64,000 nt of DNA from Auanema rhodensis (taxonomy: Eukaryota > Animalia > Nematoda), in NCBI GenBank assembly GCA_964057225.1, contig CAXKVF010000072.1, positions 62,001 through 126,000 on the forward strand, read 5' to 3'. Shown one piece after another: positions 27,801 to 43,199 of this stretch. Made by a program: the position numbers and the translations under genes. Numbering within the stretch: position 1 is the first letter of the stretch; each line of letters starts with the position of its first letter. The notes under the pieces are model-generated. The model searched no databases. It was given only the letters and a program-made list of their open reading frames with translations, and was not told the origin of the DNA.

Positions 27801-30199
27801 ATATGGACATGGGGAATCTAGTTTTGAAAACCGCATCTCTTTATCTTTCACGTGAAGCGAGTTACATACCAAGTGCACATCACGTGTACATTTAATTAGC
27901 ATAAATTAAAGTTCACGTAAATTTCAAAGTCATGGTTACCATGCACCAAAATCAATAAAAATTTGTTTTTAGACTAATATGGACATGGGGAATCTAATTT
28001 TGAAAACCGCATCTCTTTATCTTCCACGTGAAGCGAGTTACATACCAAGTGCACATCACGTGTACATTTAATTAGCATAAATTAAAGTTCACGTAAATTT
28101 CAAAGTCATGGTTACCATGCACCAATATCAATAAAAATTTGTTTTTAGACTAATATGGACATGGGGAATCTAATTTTGAAAACCGCATCTCTTTATCTTT
28201 CACGTGAAGCGAGTTACATACCAAGTGCACATCACGTGCACATTTAATTAGCATAAATTAAAGTTCACGTAAATTTCAAAGTCATGGTTACCATGCACCA
28301 ATATCAATAAAAATTTGTTTTTAGACTAATATGGACATGGGGAATCTAATTTTGAAAACCGCATCTCTTTATCTTCCACGTGAAGCGAGTTACATACCAA
28401 GTGCACATCACGTGCACATTTAATTAGCATAAATTAAAGTTCACGTAAATTTCAAAGTCATGGTTACCATGCACCAATATCAATAAAAATCTGTTTTTAG
28501 ACTAATATGGACATGGGGAATCAAAATTTTGAAAACCGCATCTCTTTATCTTTCACGTGAAGCGAGTTACATACCAAGTGCACATCACGTGTACATTTAA
28601 TTAGCATAAATTAAAGTTCACGTAAATTTCAAAGTCATTGTTACCATGCACCAATATCAATAAAAATTTGTTTTTAGACTAATATGGACATGGGGAATCT
28701 AATTTTGAAAACCGCATCTCTTTATCTTTCACGTGAAGCGAGTTACATATCAAGTGCACATCACGTGTACATTTAATTAGCATAAATTAAAGTTCACGTA
28801 AATTTCAAAGTCATGGTTACCATTAACCAATATCAATAAAAATTTGTTTTTAGACTAATATGGACATGGGGAATCTAATTTTGAAAACCGCATCTCTTTA
28901 TCTTTCACGTGAAGCGAGTTACATACCAAGTGCACATCACGTGTACATTTAATTAGCATAAATTAAAGTTCACGTAAATTTCAAAGTCATGGTTACCATG
29001 CACCAATATCAATAAAAATTTGTTTTTAGACTAATATGGACATGGGGAATCTAATTTTGAAAACCGCATCTCTTTATCTTTCACGTGAAGCGAGTTACAT
29101 ACCAAGTGCACATCACGTGTACATTTAATTAGCATAAATTAAAGTTCACGTAAATTTCAAAGTCATGGTTACCATGCACCAATATCAATAAAAATTTGTT
29201 TTTAGACTAATATGAACATGGGGAATCTAATTTTGAAAACCGCATCTCTTTATCTTTCACGTGAAGCGAGTTACATACCAAGTGCACATCACGTGTACAT
29301 TTAATTAGCATAAATTAAAGTTCACGTAAATTTCAAAGTCATGGTTACCATGAACCAATATCAATAAAAATTTGTTTTTAGACTAATATGGACATGGGGA
29401 ATCTAATTTTGAAAACCGCATCTCTTTATCTTTCACGTGAAGCGAGTTACATACCAAGTGCACATCACGTGTACATTTAATTAGCATAAATTAAAGTTCA
29501 CGTAAATTTCAAAGTCATGGTTACCATGCACCAATATCAATAAAAATTTGTTTTTAGACTAATATGGACATGGGGAATCTAATTTTGAAAACCGCATCTC
29601 TTTATATTTCACGTGAAGCGAGTTACATACCAAGTGCACATCACGTGTACATTTAATTAGCATAAATTAAAGTTCACGTAAATTTCAAAGTCATGGTTAC
29701 CATTAACCAATATCAATAAAAATTTGTTTTTAGACTAATATGGACATGGGGAATCTAATTTTGAAAACCGCATCTCTTTATCTTTCACGTGAAGCGAGTT
29801 ACATACCAAGTGCACATCACGTGTACATTTAATTAGCATAAATTAAAGTTCACGTAAATTTCAAAGTCATGGTTACCATGCACCAATATCAATAAAAATT
29901 TGTTTTTAGACTAATATGGACATGGGGAATCTAATTTTGAAAACCGCATCTCTTTATCTTTCACGTGAAGCGAGTTACATACCAAGTGCACATCACGTGT
30001 ACATTTAATTAGCATAAATTAAAGTTCACGTAAATTTCAAAGTCATGGTTACCATGCACCAATATCAATAAAAATTTGTTTTTAGACTAATATGGACATG
30101 GGGAATCTAATTTTGAAAACCGCATCTCTTTATCTTTCACGTGAAGCGAGTTACATACCAAGTGCACATCACGTGTACATTTAATTAGCATAAATTAAA

Positions 30200-33100
30200 G
30201 TTCACGTAAATTTCAAAGTCATGGTTACCATGAACCAATATCAATAAAAATTTGTTTTTAGACTAATATGGACATGGGGAATCAAATTTTGAAAACCGCA
30301 TCTCTTTATCTTTCACGTGAAGCGAGTTACATACCAAGTGCACATCACGTGTACATTTAATTAGCATAAATTAAAGTTCACGTAAATTTCAAAGTCATGG
30401 TTACCATGAACCAATATCAATAAAAATTTGTTTTTAGACTAATATGGACATGGGGAATCTAATTTTGAAAACCGCATCTCTTTATCTTTCACGTGAAGCG
30501 AGTTACATACCAAGTGCACATCACGTGTACATTTAATTAGCATAAATTAAAGTTCACGTAAATTTCAAAGTCATGGTTACCATGCACCAATATCAATAAA
30601 AATTTGTTTTTAGACTAATATGGACATGGGGAATCTAATTTTGAAAACCGCATCTCTTTATATTTCACGTGAAGCGAGTTACATACCAAGTGCACATCAC
30701 GTGTACATTTAATTAGCATAAATTAAAGTTCACGTAAATTTCAAAGTCATGGTTACCATGAACCAATATCAATAAAAATTTGTTTTTAGACTAATATGGA
30801 CATGGGGAATCTAATTTTGAAAACCGCATCTCTTTATATTTCACGTGAAGCGAGTTACATACCAAGTGCACATCACGTGTACATTTAATTAGCATAAATT
30901 AAAGTTCACGTAAATTTCAAAGTCATGGTTACCATGAACCAATATCAATAAAAATTTGTTTTTAGACTAATATGGACATGGGGAATCTAATTTTGAAAAC
31001 CGCATCTCTTTATCTTTCACGTGAAGCGAGTTACATACCAAGTGCACATCACGTGTACATTTAATTAGCATAAATTAAAGTTCACGTAAATTTCAAAGTC
31101 ATGGTTACCATGAACCAATATCAATAAAAATTTGTTTTTAGACTAATATGGACATGGGGAATCTAATTTTGAAAACCGCATCTCTTTATCTTTCACGTGA
31201 AGCGAGTTACATACCAAGTGCACATCACGTGTACATTTAATTAGCATAAATTAAAGTTCACGTAAATTTCAAAGTCATGGTTACCATGCACCAATATCAA
31301 TAAAAATTTGTTTTTAGACTAATATGGACATGGGGAATCTAATTTTGAAAACCGCATCTCTTTATATTTCACGTGAAGCGAGTTACATACCAAGTGCACA
31401 TCACGTGTACATTTAATTAGCATAAATTAAAGTTCACGTAAATTTCAAAGTCATGGTTACCATGAACCAATATCAATAAAAATTTGTTTTTAGACTAATA
31501 TGGACATGGGGAATCTAATTTTGAAAACCGCATCTCTTTATCTTTCACGTGAAGCGAGTTACATACCAAGTGCACATCACGTGTACATTTAATTAGCATA
31601 AATTAAAGTTCACGTAAATTTCAAAGTCATGGTTACCATGCACCAATATCAATAAAAATTTGTTTTTAGACTAATATGGACATGGGAAATCTAATTTTGA
31701 AAACCGCATCTCTTTATCTTCCACGTGAAGCGAGTTACATACCAAGTGCACATCACGTGTACATTTAATTAGCATAAATTAAAGTTCACGTAAATTTCAA
31801 AGTCATGGTTACCATGAACCAATATTAATAAAAATTTGTTTTTAGACTAATATGTACATGGGGAATCTAATTTTGAAAACCGCATCTCTTTATCTTTCAC
31901 ATGAAGCGAGTTACATACCAAGTGCACATCACGTGTACATTTAATTAGCATAAATTAAAGTTCACGTAAATTTCAAAGTCATGGTTACCATGCACCAATA
32001 TCAATAAAAATCTGTTTTTAGACTAATATGGACATGGGGAATCAAAATTTTGAAAACCGCATCTCTTTATCTTTCACGTGAAGCGAGTTACATACCAAGT
32101 GCACATCACGTGTACATTTAATTAGCATAAATTAAAGTTCACGTAAATTTCAAAGTCATTGTTACCATGCACCAATATCAATAAAAATTTGTTTTTAGAC
32201 TAATATGGACATGGGGAATCTAATTTTGAAAACCGCATCTCTTTATCTTTCACGTGAAGCGAGTTACATATCAAGTGCACATCACGTGTACATTTAATTA
32301 GCATAAATTAAAGTTCACGTAAATTTCAAAGTCATGGTTACCATTAACCAATATCAATAAAAATTTGTTTTTAGACTAATATGGACATGGGGAATCTAAT
32401 TTTGAAAACCGCATCTCTTTATCTTTCACGTGAAGCGAGTTACATACCAAGTGCACATCACGTGTACATTTAATTAGCATAAATTAAAGTTCACGTAAAT
32501 TTCAAAGTCATGGTTACCATGCACCAATATCAATAAAAATTTGTTTTTAGACTAATATGGACATGGGGAATCTAATTTTGAAAACCGCATCTCTTTATCT
32601 TTCACGTGAAGCGAGTTACATACCAAGTGCACATCACGTGTACATTTAATTAGCATAAATTAAAGTTCACGTAAATTTCAAAGTCATGGTTACCATGCAC
32701 CAATATCAATAAAAATTTGTTTTTAGACTAATATGGACATGGGGAATCTAATTTTGAAAACCGCATCTCTTTATCTTTCACGTGAAGCGAGTTACATATC
32801 AAGTGCACATCACGTGTACACTTAATTAGCATAAATTAAAGTTCACGTAAATTTCAAAGTCATGGTTACCATTAACCAATATCAATAAAAATTTGTTTTT
32901 AGACTAATATGGACATGGGGAATCTAATTTTGAAAACCGCATCTCTTTATCTTTCACGTGAAGCGAGTTACATACCAAGTGCACATCACGTGTACATTTA
33001 ATTAGCATAAATTAAAGTTCACGTAAATTTCAAAGTCATGGTTACCATGCACCAATATCAATAAAAATTTGTTTTTAGACTAATATGGACATGGGGAATC

Positions 33101-36100
33101 TAATTTTGAAAACCGCATCTCTTTATCTTTCACGTGAAGCGAGTTACATACCAAGTGCACATCACGTGTACATTTAATTAGCATAAATTAAAGTTCACGT
33201 AAATTTCAAAGTCATGGTTACCATGAACCAATATCAATAAAAATTTGTTTTTAGACTAATATGGACATGGGGAATCTAATTTTGAAAACCGCATCTCTTT
33301 ATCTTTCACGTGAAGCGAGTTACATACCAAGTGCACATCACGTGTACATTTAATTAGCATAAATTAAAGTTCACGTAAATTTCAAAGTCATGGTTACCAT
33401 GCACCAATATCAATAAAAATTTGTTTTTAGACTAATATGGACATGGGGAATCTAATTTTGAAAACCGCATCTCTTTATCTTTCACGTGAAGCGAGTTACA
33501 TACCAAGTGCACATCACGTGTACATTTAATTAGCATAAATTAAAGTTCACGTAAATTTCAAAGTCATGGTTACCATGAACCAATATCAATAAAAATTTGT
33601 TTTTAGACTAATATGGACATGGGGAATCTAATTTTGAAAACCGCATCTCTTTATCTTTCACGTGAAGCGAGTTACATACCAAGTGCACATCACGTGTACA
33701 TTTAATTAGCATAAATTAAAGTTCACGTAAATTTCAAAGTCATGGTTACCATGCACCAATATCAATAAAAATTTGTTTTTAGACTAATATGGACATGGGG
33801 AATCTAATTTTGAAAACCGCATCTCTTTATCTTGCACGTGAAGCGAGTTACATACCAAGTGCACATCACGTGTACATTTAATTAGCATAAATTAAAGTTC
33901 ACGTAAATTTCAAAGTCATGGTTACCATGAACCAATATCAATAAAAATTTGTTTTTAGACTAATATGTACATGGGGAATCTAATTTTGAAAACCGCATTT
34001 CTTTATCTTTCACGTGAAGCGAGTTACATACCAAGTGCACATCACGTGTACATTTAATTAGCATAAATTAAAGTTCACGTAAATTTCAAAGTCATGGTTA
34101 CCATGCACCAATATCAATAAAAATCTGTTTTTAGACTAATATGGACATGGGGAATCTAATTTTGAAAACCGCATCTCTTTATCTTTCACGTGAAGCGAGT
34201 TACATACCAAGTGCACATCACGTGTACATTTAATTAGCATAAATTAAAGTTCACGTAAATTTCAAAGTCATGGTTACCATGCACCAATATCAATAAAAAT
34301 TTGTTTTTAGACTAATATGGACATGGGGAATCTAATTTTGAAAACCGCATCTCTTTATCTTTCACGTGAAGCGAGTTACATATCAAGTGCACATCACGTG
34401 TACATTTAATTAGCATAAATTAAAGTTCACGTAAATTTCAAAGTCATGGTTACCATTAACCAATATCAATAAAAATTTGTTTTTAGACTAATATGGACAT
34501 GGGGAATCTAATTTTGAAAACCGCATCTCTTTATCTTTCACGTGAAGCGAGTTACATACCAAGTGCACATCACGTGTACATTTAATTAGCATAAATTAAA
34601 GTTCACGTAAATTTCAAAGTCATGGTTACCATGAACCAATATCAATAAAAATTTGTTTTTAGACTAATATGGACATGGGGAATCAAATTTTGAAAACCGC
34701 ATCTCTTTATCTTTCACGTGAAGCGAGTTACATACCAAGTGCACATCACGTGTACATTTAATTAGCATAAATTAAAGTTCACGTAAATTTCAAAGTCATG
34801 GTTACCATGAACCAATATCAATAAAAATTTGTTTTTAGACTAATATGGACATGGGGAATCTAATTTTGAAAACCGCATCTCTTTATCTTTCACGTGAAGC
34901 GAGTTACATACCAAGTGCACATCACGTGTACATTTAATTAGCATAAATTAAAGTTCACGTAAATTTCAAAGTCATGGTTACCATGCACCAATATCAATAA
35001 AAATTTGTTTTTAGACTAATATGGACATGGGGAATCTAATTTTGAAAACCGCATCTCTTTATATTTCACGTGAAGCGAGTTACATACCAAGTGCACATCA
35101 CGTGTACATTTAATTAGCATAAATTAAAGTTCACGTAAATTTCAAAGTCATGGTTACCATGAACCAATATCAATAAAAATTTGTTTTTAGACTAATATGG
35201 ACATGGGGAATCTAATTTTGAAAACCGCATCTCTTTATATTTCACGTGAAGCGAGTTACATACCAAGTGCACATCACGTGTACATTTAATTAGCATAAAT
35301 TAAAGTTCACGTAAATTTCAAAGTCATGGTTACCATGAACCAATATCAATAAAAATTTGTTTTTAGACTAATATGGACATGGGGAATCTAATTTTGAAAA
35401 CCGCATCTCTTTATCTTTCACGTGAAGCGAGTTACATACCAAGTGCACATCACGTGTACATTTAATTAGCATAAATTAAAGTTCACGTAAATTTCAAAGT
35501 CATGGTTACCATGAACCAATATCAATAAAAATTTGTTTTTAGACTAATATGGACATGGGGAATCTAATTTTGAAAACCGCATCTCTTTATCTTTCACGTG
35601 AAGCGAGTTACATACCAAGTGCACATCACGTGTACATTTAATTAGCATAAATTAAAGTTCACGTAAATTTCAAAGTCATGGTTACCATGCACCAATATCA
35701 ATAAAAATTTGTTTTTAGACTAATATGGACATGGGGAATCTAATTTTGAAAACCGCATCTCTTTATATTTCACGTGAAGCGAGTTACATACCAAGTGCAC
35801 ATCACGTGTACATTTAATTAGCATAAATTAAAGTTCACGTAATTTTCAAAGTCATGGTTACCATGAACCAATATCAATAAAAATTTGTTTTTAGACTAAT
35901 ATGGACATGGGGAATCTAATTTTGAAAACCGCATCTCTTTATCTTTCACGTGAAGCGAGTTACATACCAAGTGCACATCACGTGTACATTTAATTAGCAT
36001 AAATTAAAGTTCACGTAAATTTCAAAGTCATGGTTACCATGAACCAATATCAATAAAAATTTGTTTTTAGACTAATATGGACATAGGGAATCTAATTTTG

Positions 36101-39100
36101 AAAACCGCATCTCTTTATCTTTCACGTGAAGCGAGTTACATACCAAGTGCACATCACGTGTACATTTAATTAGCATAAATTAAAGTTCACGTAAATTTCA
36201 AAGTCATGGTTACCATGAACCAATATCAATAAAAATTTGTTTTTAGACTAATATGGACATGGGGAATCTAATTTTGAAAACCGCTTCTCTTTATCTTTCA
36301 CGTGAAGCGAGTTACATACCAAGTGCACATCACGTGTACATTTAATTAGCATAAATTAAAGTTCACGTAAATTTCAAAGTCATGGTTACCATGAACCAAT
36401 ATCAATAAAAATTTGTTTTTAGACTAATATGGACATGGGAAATCTAATTTTGAAAACCGCATCTCTTTATCTTCCACGTGAAGCGAGTTACATACCAAGT
36501 GCACATCACGTGTACATTTAATTAGCATAAATTAAAGTTCACGTAAATTTCAAAGTCATGGTTACCATGAACCAATATTAATAAAAATTTGTTTTTAGAC
36601 TAATATGTACATGGGGAATCTAATTTTGAAAACCGCATCTCTTTATCTTTCACATGAAGCGAGTTACATACCAAGTGCACATCACGTGTACATTTAATTA
36701 GCATAAATTAAAGTTCACGTAAATTTCAAAGTCATGGTTACCATGCACCAATATCAATAAAAATCTGTTTTTAGACTAATATGGACATGGGGAATCAAAA
36801 TTTTGAAAACCGCATCTCTTTATCTTTCACGTGAAGCGAGTTACATACCAAGTGCACATCACGTGTACATTTAATTAGCATAAATTAAAGTTCACGTAAA
36901 TTTCAAAGTCATTGTTACCATGCACCAATATCAATAAAAATTTGTTTTTAGACTAATATGGACATGGGGAATCTAATTTTGAAAACCGCATCTCTTTATC
37001 TTTCACGTGAAGCGAGTTACATATCAAGTGCACATCACGTGTACATTTAATTAGCATAAATTAAAGTTCACGTAAATTTCAAAGTCATGGTTACCATTAA
37101 CCAATATCAATAAAAATTTGTTTTTAGACTAATATGGACATGGGGAATCTAATTTTGAAAACCGCATCTCTTTATCTTTCACGTGAAGCGAGTTACATAC
37201 CAAGTGCACATCACGTGTACATTTAATTAGCATAAATTAAAGTTCACGTAAATTTCAAAGTCATGGTTACCATGCACCAATATCAATAAAAATTTGTTTT
37301 TAGACTAATATGGACATGGGGAATCTAATTTTGAAAACCGCATCTCTTTATCTTTCACGTGAAGCGAGTTACATACCAAGTGCACATCACGTGTACATTT
37401 AATTAGCATAAATTAAAGTTCACGTAAATTTCAAAGTCATGGTTACCATTAACCAATATCAATAAAAATTTGTTTTTAGACTAATATGGACATGGGGAAT
37501 CTAATTTTGAAAACCGCATCTCTTTATCTTTCACGTGAAGCGAGTTACATACCAAGTGCACATCACGTGTACATTTAATTAGCATAAATTAAAGTTCACG
37601 TAAATTTCAAAGTCATGGTTACCATGCACCAATATCAATAAAAATTTGTTTTTAGACTAATATGGACATGGGGAATCTAATTTTGAAAACCGCATCTCTT
37701 TATCTTTCACGTGAAGCGAGTTACATATCAAGTGCACATCACGTGTACACTTAATTAGCATAAATTAAAGTTCACGTAAATTTCAAAGTCATGGTTACCA
37801 TTAACCAATATCAATAAAAATTTGTTTTTAGACTAATATGGACATGGGAAATCTAATTTTGAAAACCGCATCTCTTTATCTTTCACGTGAAGCGAGTTAC
37901 ATACCAAGTGCACATCACGTGTACATTTAATTAGCATAAATTAAAGTTCACGTAAATTTCAAAGTCATGGTTACCATGCACCAATATCAATAAAAATTTG
38001 TTTTTAGACTAATATGGACATGGGGAATCTAATTTTGAAAACCGCATCTCTTTATCTTTCACGTGAAGCGAGTTACATACCAAGTGCACATCACGTGTAC
38101 ATTTAATTAGCATAAATTAAAGTTCACGTAAATTTCAAAGTCATGGTTACCATGAACCAATATCAATAAAAATTTGTTTTTAGACTAATATGGACATGGG
38201 GAATCTAATTTTGAAAACCGCATCTCTTTATCTTTCACGTGAAGCGAGTTACATACCAAGTGCACATCACGTGTACATTTAATTAGCATAAATTAAAGTT
38301 CACGTAAATTTCAAAGTCATGGTTACCATGCACCAATATCAATAAAAATTTGTTTTTAGACTAATATGGACATGGGGAATCTAATTTTGAAAACCGCATC
38401 TCTTTATCTTTCACGTGAAGCGAGTTACATACCAAGTGCACATCACGTGTACATTTAATTAGCATAAATTAAAGTTCACGTAAATTTCAAAGTCATGGTT
38501 ACCATGAACCAATATCAATAAAAATTTGTTTTTAGACTAATATGGACATGGGGAATCTAATTTTGAAAACCGCATCTCTTTATCTTTCACGTGAAGCGAG
38601 TTACATACCAAGTGCACATCACGTGTACATTTAATTAGCATAAATTAAAGTTCACGTAAATTTCAAAGTCATGGTTACCATGCACCAATATCAATAAAAA
38701 TTTGTTTTTAGACTAATATGGACATGGGGAATCTAATTTTGAAAACCGCATCTCTTTATCTTGCACGTGAAGCGAGTTACATACCAAGTGCACATCACGT
38801 GTACATTTAATTAGCATAAATTAAAGTTCACGTAAATTTCAAAGTCATGGTTACCATGAACCAATATCAATAAAAATTTGTTTTTAGACTAATATGTACA
38901 TGGGGAATCTAATTTTGAAAACCGCATTTCTTTATCTTTCACGTGAAGCGAGTTACATACCAAGTGCACATCACGTGTACATTTAATTAGCATAAATTAA
39001 AGTTCACGTAAATTTCAAAGTCATGGTTACCATGCACCAATATCAATAAAAATCTGTTTTTAGACTAATATGGACATGGGGAATCTAATTTTGAAAACCG

Positions 39101-39500
39101 CATCTCTTTATCTTTCACGTGAAGCGAGTTACATACCAAGTGCACATCACGTGTACATTTAATTAGCATAAATTAAAGTTCACGTAAATTTCAAAGTCAT
39201 GGTTACCATGCACCAATATCAATAAAAATTTGTTTTTAGACTAATATGGACATGGGGAATCTAATTTTGAAAACCGCATCTCTTTATCTTTCACGTGAAG
39301 CGAGTTACATATCAAGTGCACATCACGTGTACATTTAATTAGCATAAATTAAAGTTCACGTAAATTTCAAAGTCATGGTTACCATTAACCAATATCAATA
39401 AAAATTTGTTTTTAGACTAATATGGACATGGGGAATCTAATTTTGAAAACCGCATCTCTTTATCTTTCACGTGAAGCGAGTTACATACCAAGTGCACATC
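30200..39500. repeat. Tandem duplication of about 25-28 monomers (period 4401, then 4753, then 4929 bp)
   Basis: Variant pairs 30284/34685, 30662/35063 and 31366/35767 (+4401); 31901/36654 (+4753); 32821/37750, 33834/38763 and 34125/39054 (+4929). Confidence 0.88.
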
Positions 39501-42500
39501 ACGTGTACATTTAATTAGCATAAATTAAAGTTCACGTAAATTTCAAAGTCATGGTTACCATGCACCAATATCAATAAAAATTTGTTTTTAGACTAATATG
39601 GACATGGGGAATCTAATTTTGAAAACCGCATCTCTTTATCTTTCACGTGAAGCGAGTTACATACCAAGTGCACATCACGTGTACATTTAATTAGCATAAA
39701 TTAAAGTTCACGTAAATTTCAAAGTCATGGTTACCATGAACCAATATCAATAAAAATTTGTTTTTAGACTAATATGGACATGGGGAATCTAATTTTGAAA
39801 ACCGCATCTCTTTATCTTTCACGTGAAGCGAGTTACATACCAAGTGCACATCACGTGTACATTTAATTAGCATAAATTAAAGTTCACGTAAATTTCAAAG
39901 TCATGGTTACCATGAACCAATATCAATAAAAATTTGTTTTTAGACTAATATGGACATGGGGAATCTAATTTTGAAAACCGCATCTCTTTATCTTTCACGT
40001 GAAGCGAGTTACATACCAAGTGCACATCACGTGTACATTTAATTAGCATAAATTAAAGTTCACGTAAATTTCAAAGTCATGGTTACCATGCACCAATATC
40101 AATAAAAATTTGTTTTTAGACTAATATGGACATGGGGAATCTAATTTTGAAAACCGCATCTCTTTATCTTGCACGTGAAGCGAGTTACATACCAAGTGCA
40201 CATCACGTGTACATTTAATTAGCATAAATTAAAGTTCACGTAAATTTCAAAGTCATGGTTACCATGAACCAATATCAATAAAAATTTGTTTTTAGACTAA
40301 TATGTACATGGGGAATCTAATTTTGAAAACCGCATTTCTTTATCTTTCACGTGAAGCGAGTTACATACCAAGTGCACATCACGTGTACATTTAATTAGCA
40401 TAAATTAAAGTTCACGTAAATTTCAAAGTCATGGTTACCATGCACCAATATCAATAAAAATTTGTTTTTAGACTAATATGTACATGGGGAATCTAATTTT
40501 GAAAACCGCATTTCTTTATCTTTCACGTGAAGCGAGTTACATACCAAGTGCACATCACGTGCACATTTATTTAGCATAAATTAAAGTTCACGTAAATTTC
40601 AAAGTCATGGTTACCATGCACCAATATCAATAAAAATTTGTTTTTAGACTAATATGGACATGGGGAATCTAATGTTGAAAACCGCATCTCTTTATCTTTC
40701 ACGTGAAGCGAGTTACATACCAAGTGCACATCACGTGTACATTTAATTAGCATAAATTAAAGTTCACGTAAATTTCAAAGTCATGGTTACCATGAACCAA
40801 TATCAATAAAAATTTGTTTTTAGACTAATATGTACATGGGGAATCTAATTTTGAAAACCGCATCTCTTTATCTTTCACGTGAAGCGAGTTACATATCAAG
40901 TGCACATCACGTGTACATTTAATTAGCATAAATTAAAGTTCACGTAAATTTCAAAGTCATGGTTACCATTAACCAATATCAATAAAAATTTGTTTTTAGA
41001 CTAATATGGACATGGGGAATCTAATTTTGAGAACCGCATCTCTTTATCTTTCACGTGAAGCGAGTTACATACCAAGTGCACATCACGTGTACATTTAATT
41101 AGCATAAATTAAAGTTCACGTAAATTTCAAAGTCATGGTTACCATGCACCAATATCAATAAAAATTTGTTTTTAGACTAATATGGACATGGGGAATCTAA
41201 TTTTGAAAACCGCATCTCTTTATCTTTCACGTGAAGCGAGTTACATACCAAGTGCACATCACGTGTACATTTAATTAGCATAAATTAAAGTTCACGTAAA
41301 TTTCAAAGTCATGGTTACCATGAACCAATATCAATAAAAATTTGTTTTTAGACTAATATGGACATGGGGAATCTAATTTTGAAAACCGCATCTCTTTATC
41401 TTTCACGTGAAGCGAGTTACATACCAAGTGCACATCACGTGTACATTTAATTAGCATAAATTAAAGTTCACGTAAATTTCAAAGTCATGGTTACCATGCA
41501 CCAATATCAATAAAAATTTGTTTTTAGACTAATATGGACATGGGGAATCTAATTTTGAAAACCGCATCTCTTTATCTTCCACGTGAAGCGAGTTACATAC
41601 CAAGTGCACATCACGTGTACATTTAATTAGCATAAATTAAAGTTCACGTAAATTTCAAAGTCATGGTTACCATGAACCAATATCAATAAAAATTTGTTTT
41701 TAAACTAATATGGACATGGGGAATCTAATTTTGAAAACCGCATCTCTTTATCTTCCACGTGAAGCGAGTTACATACCAAGTGCACATCACGTGTACATTT
41801 AATTAGCATAAATTAAAGTTCACGTAAATTTCAAAGTCATGGTTACCATGAACCAATATCAATAAAAATTTGTTTTTAGACTAATATGGACATGGGGAAT
41901 CAAATTTTGAAAACCGCATCTCTTTATCTTTCACGTGAAGCGAGTTACATACCAAGTGCACATCACGTGTACATTTAATTAGCATAAATTAAAGTTCACG
42001 TAAATTTCAAAGTCATGGTTACCATGAACCAATATCAATAAAAATTTGTTTTTAGACTAATATGGACATGGGGAATCTAATTTTGAAAACCGCATCACTT
42101 TATCTTTCACGTGAAGCGAGTTACATACCAAGTGCACATCACGTGTACATTTAATTAGCATAAATTAAAGTTCACGTAAATTTCAAAGTCATGGTTACCA
42201 TGCACCAATATCAATAAAAATTTGTTTTTAGACTAATATGGACATGGGGAATCTAATTTTGAAAACCGCATCTCTTTATATTTCACGTGAAGCGAGTTAC
42301 ATACCAAGTGCACATCACGTGTACATTTAATTAGCATAAATTAAAGTTCACGTAAATTTCAAAGTCATGGTTACCATGAACCAATATCAATAAAAATTTG
42401 TTTTTAGACTAATATGGACATGGGGAATCTAATTTTGAAAACCGCATCTCTTTATCTTTCACGTGAAGCGAGTTACATACCAAGTGCACATCACGTGTAC

Positions 42501-43199
42501 ATTTAATTAGCATAAATTAAAGTTCACGTAAATTTCAAAGTCATGGTTACCATGCACCAATATCAATAAAAATTTGTTTTTAGACTAATATGGACATGGG
42601 GAATCTAATTTTGAAAACCGCATCTCTTTATCTTTCACGTGAAGCGAGTTACATACCAAGTGCACATCACGTGTACATTTAATTAGCATAAATTAAAGTT
42701 CACGTAAATTTCAAAGTCATGGTTACCATGAACCAATATCAATAAAAATTTGTTTTTAGACTAATATGTACATGGGGAATCTAATTTTGAAAACCGCATC
42801 TCTTTATCTTTCACGTGAAGCGTGTTACATACCAAGTGCACATCACGTGTACAATTAATTAGCATAAATTAAAGTTCACGTAAATTTCAAAGTCATGGTT
42901 ACCATGAACCAATATCAATAAAAATTTGTTTTTAGACTAATATGGACATGGGGAATCTAATTTTGAAAACCGCATTTCTTTATCTTTCACGTGAAGCGAG
43001 TTACATACCAAGTGCACATCACGTGTACATTTAATTAGCATAAATTAAAGTTCACGTAAATTTCAAAGTCATGGTTACCATGAACCAATATCAATAAAAA
43101 TTTGTTTTTAGACTAATATGGACATGGGGAATCAAATTTTGAAAACCGCATCTCTTTATCTTTCACGTGAAGCGAGTTACATACCAAGTGCACATCACG

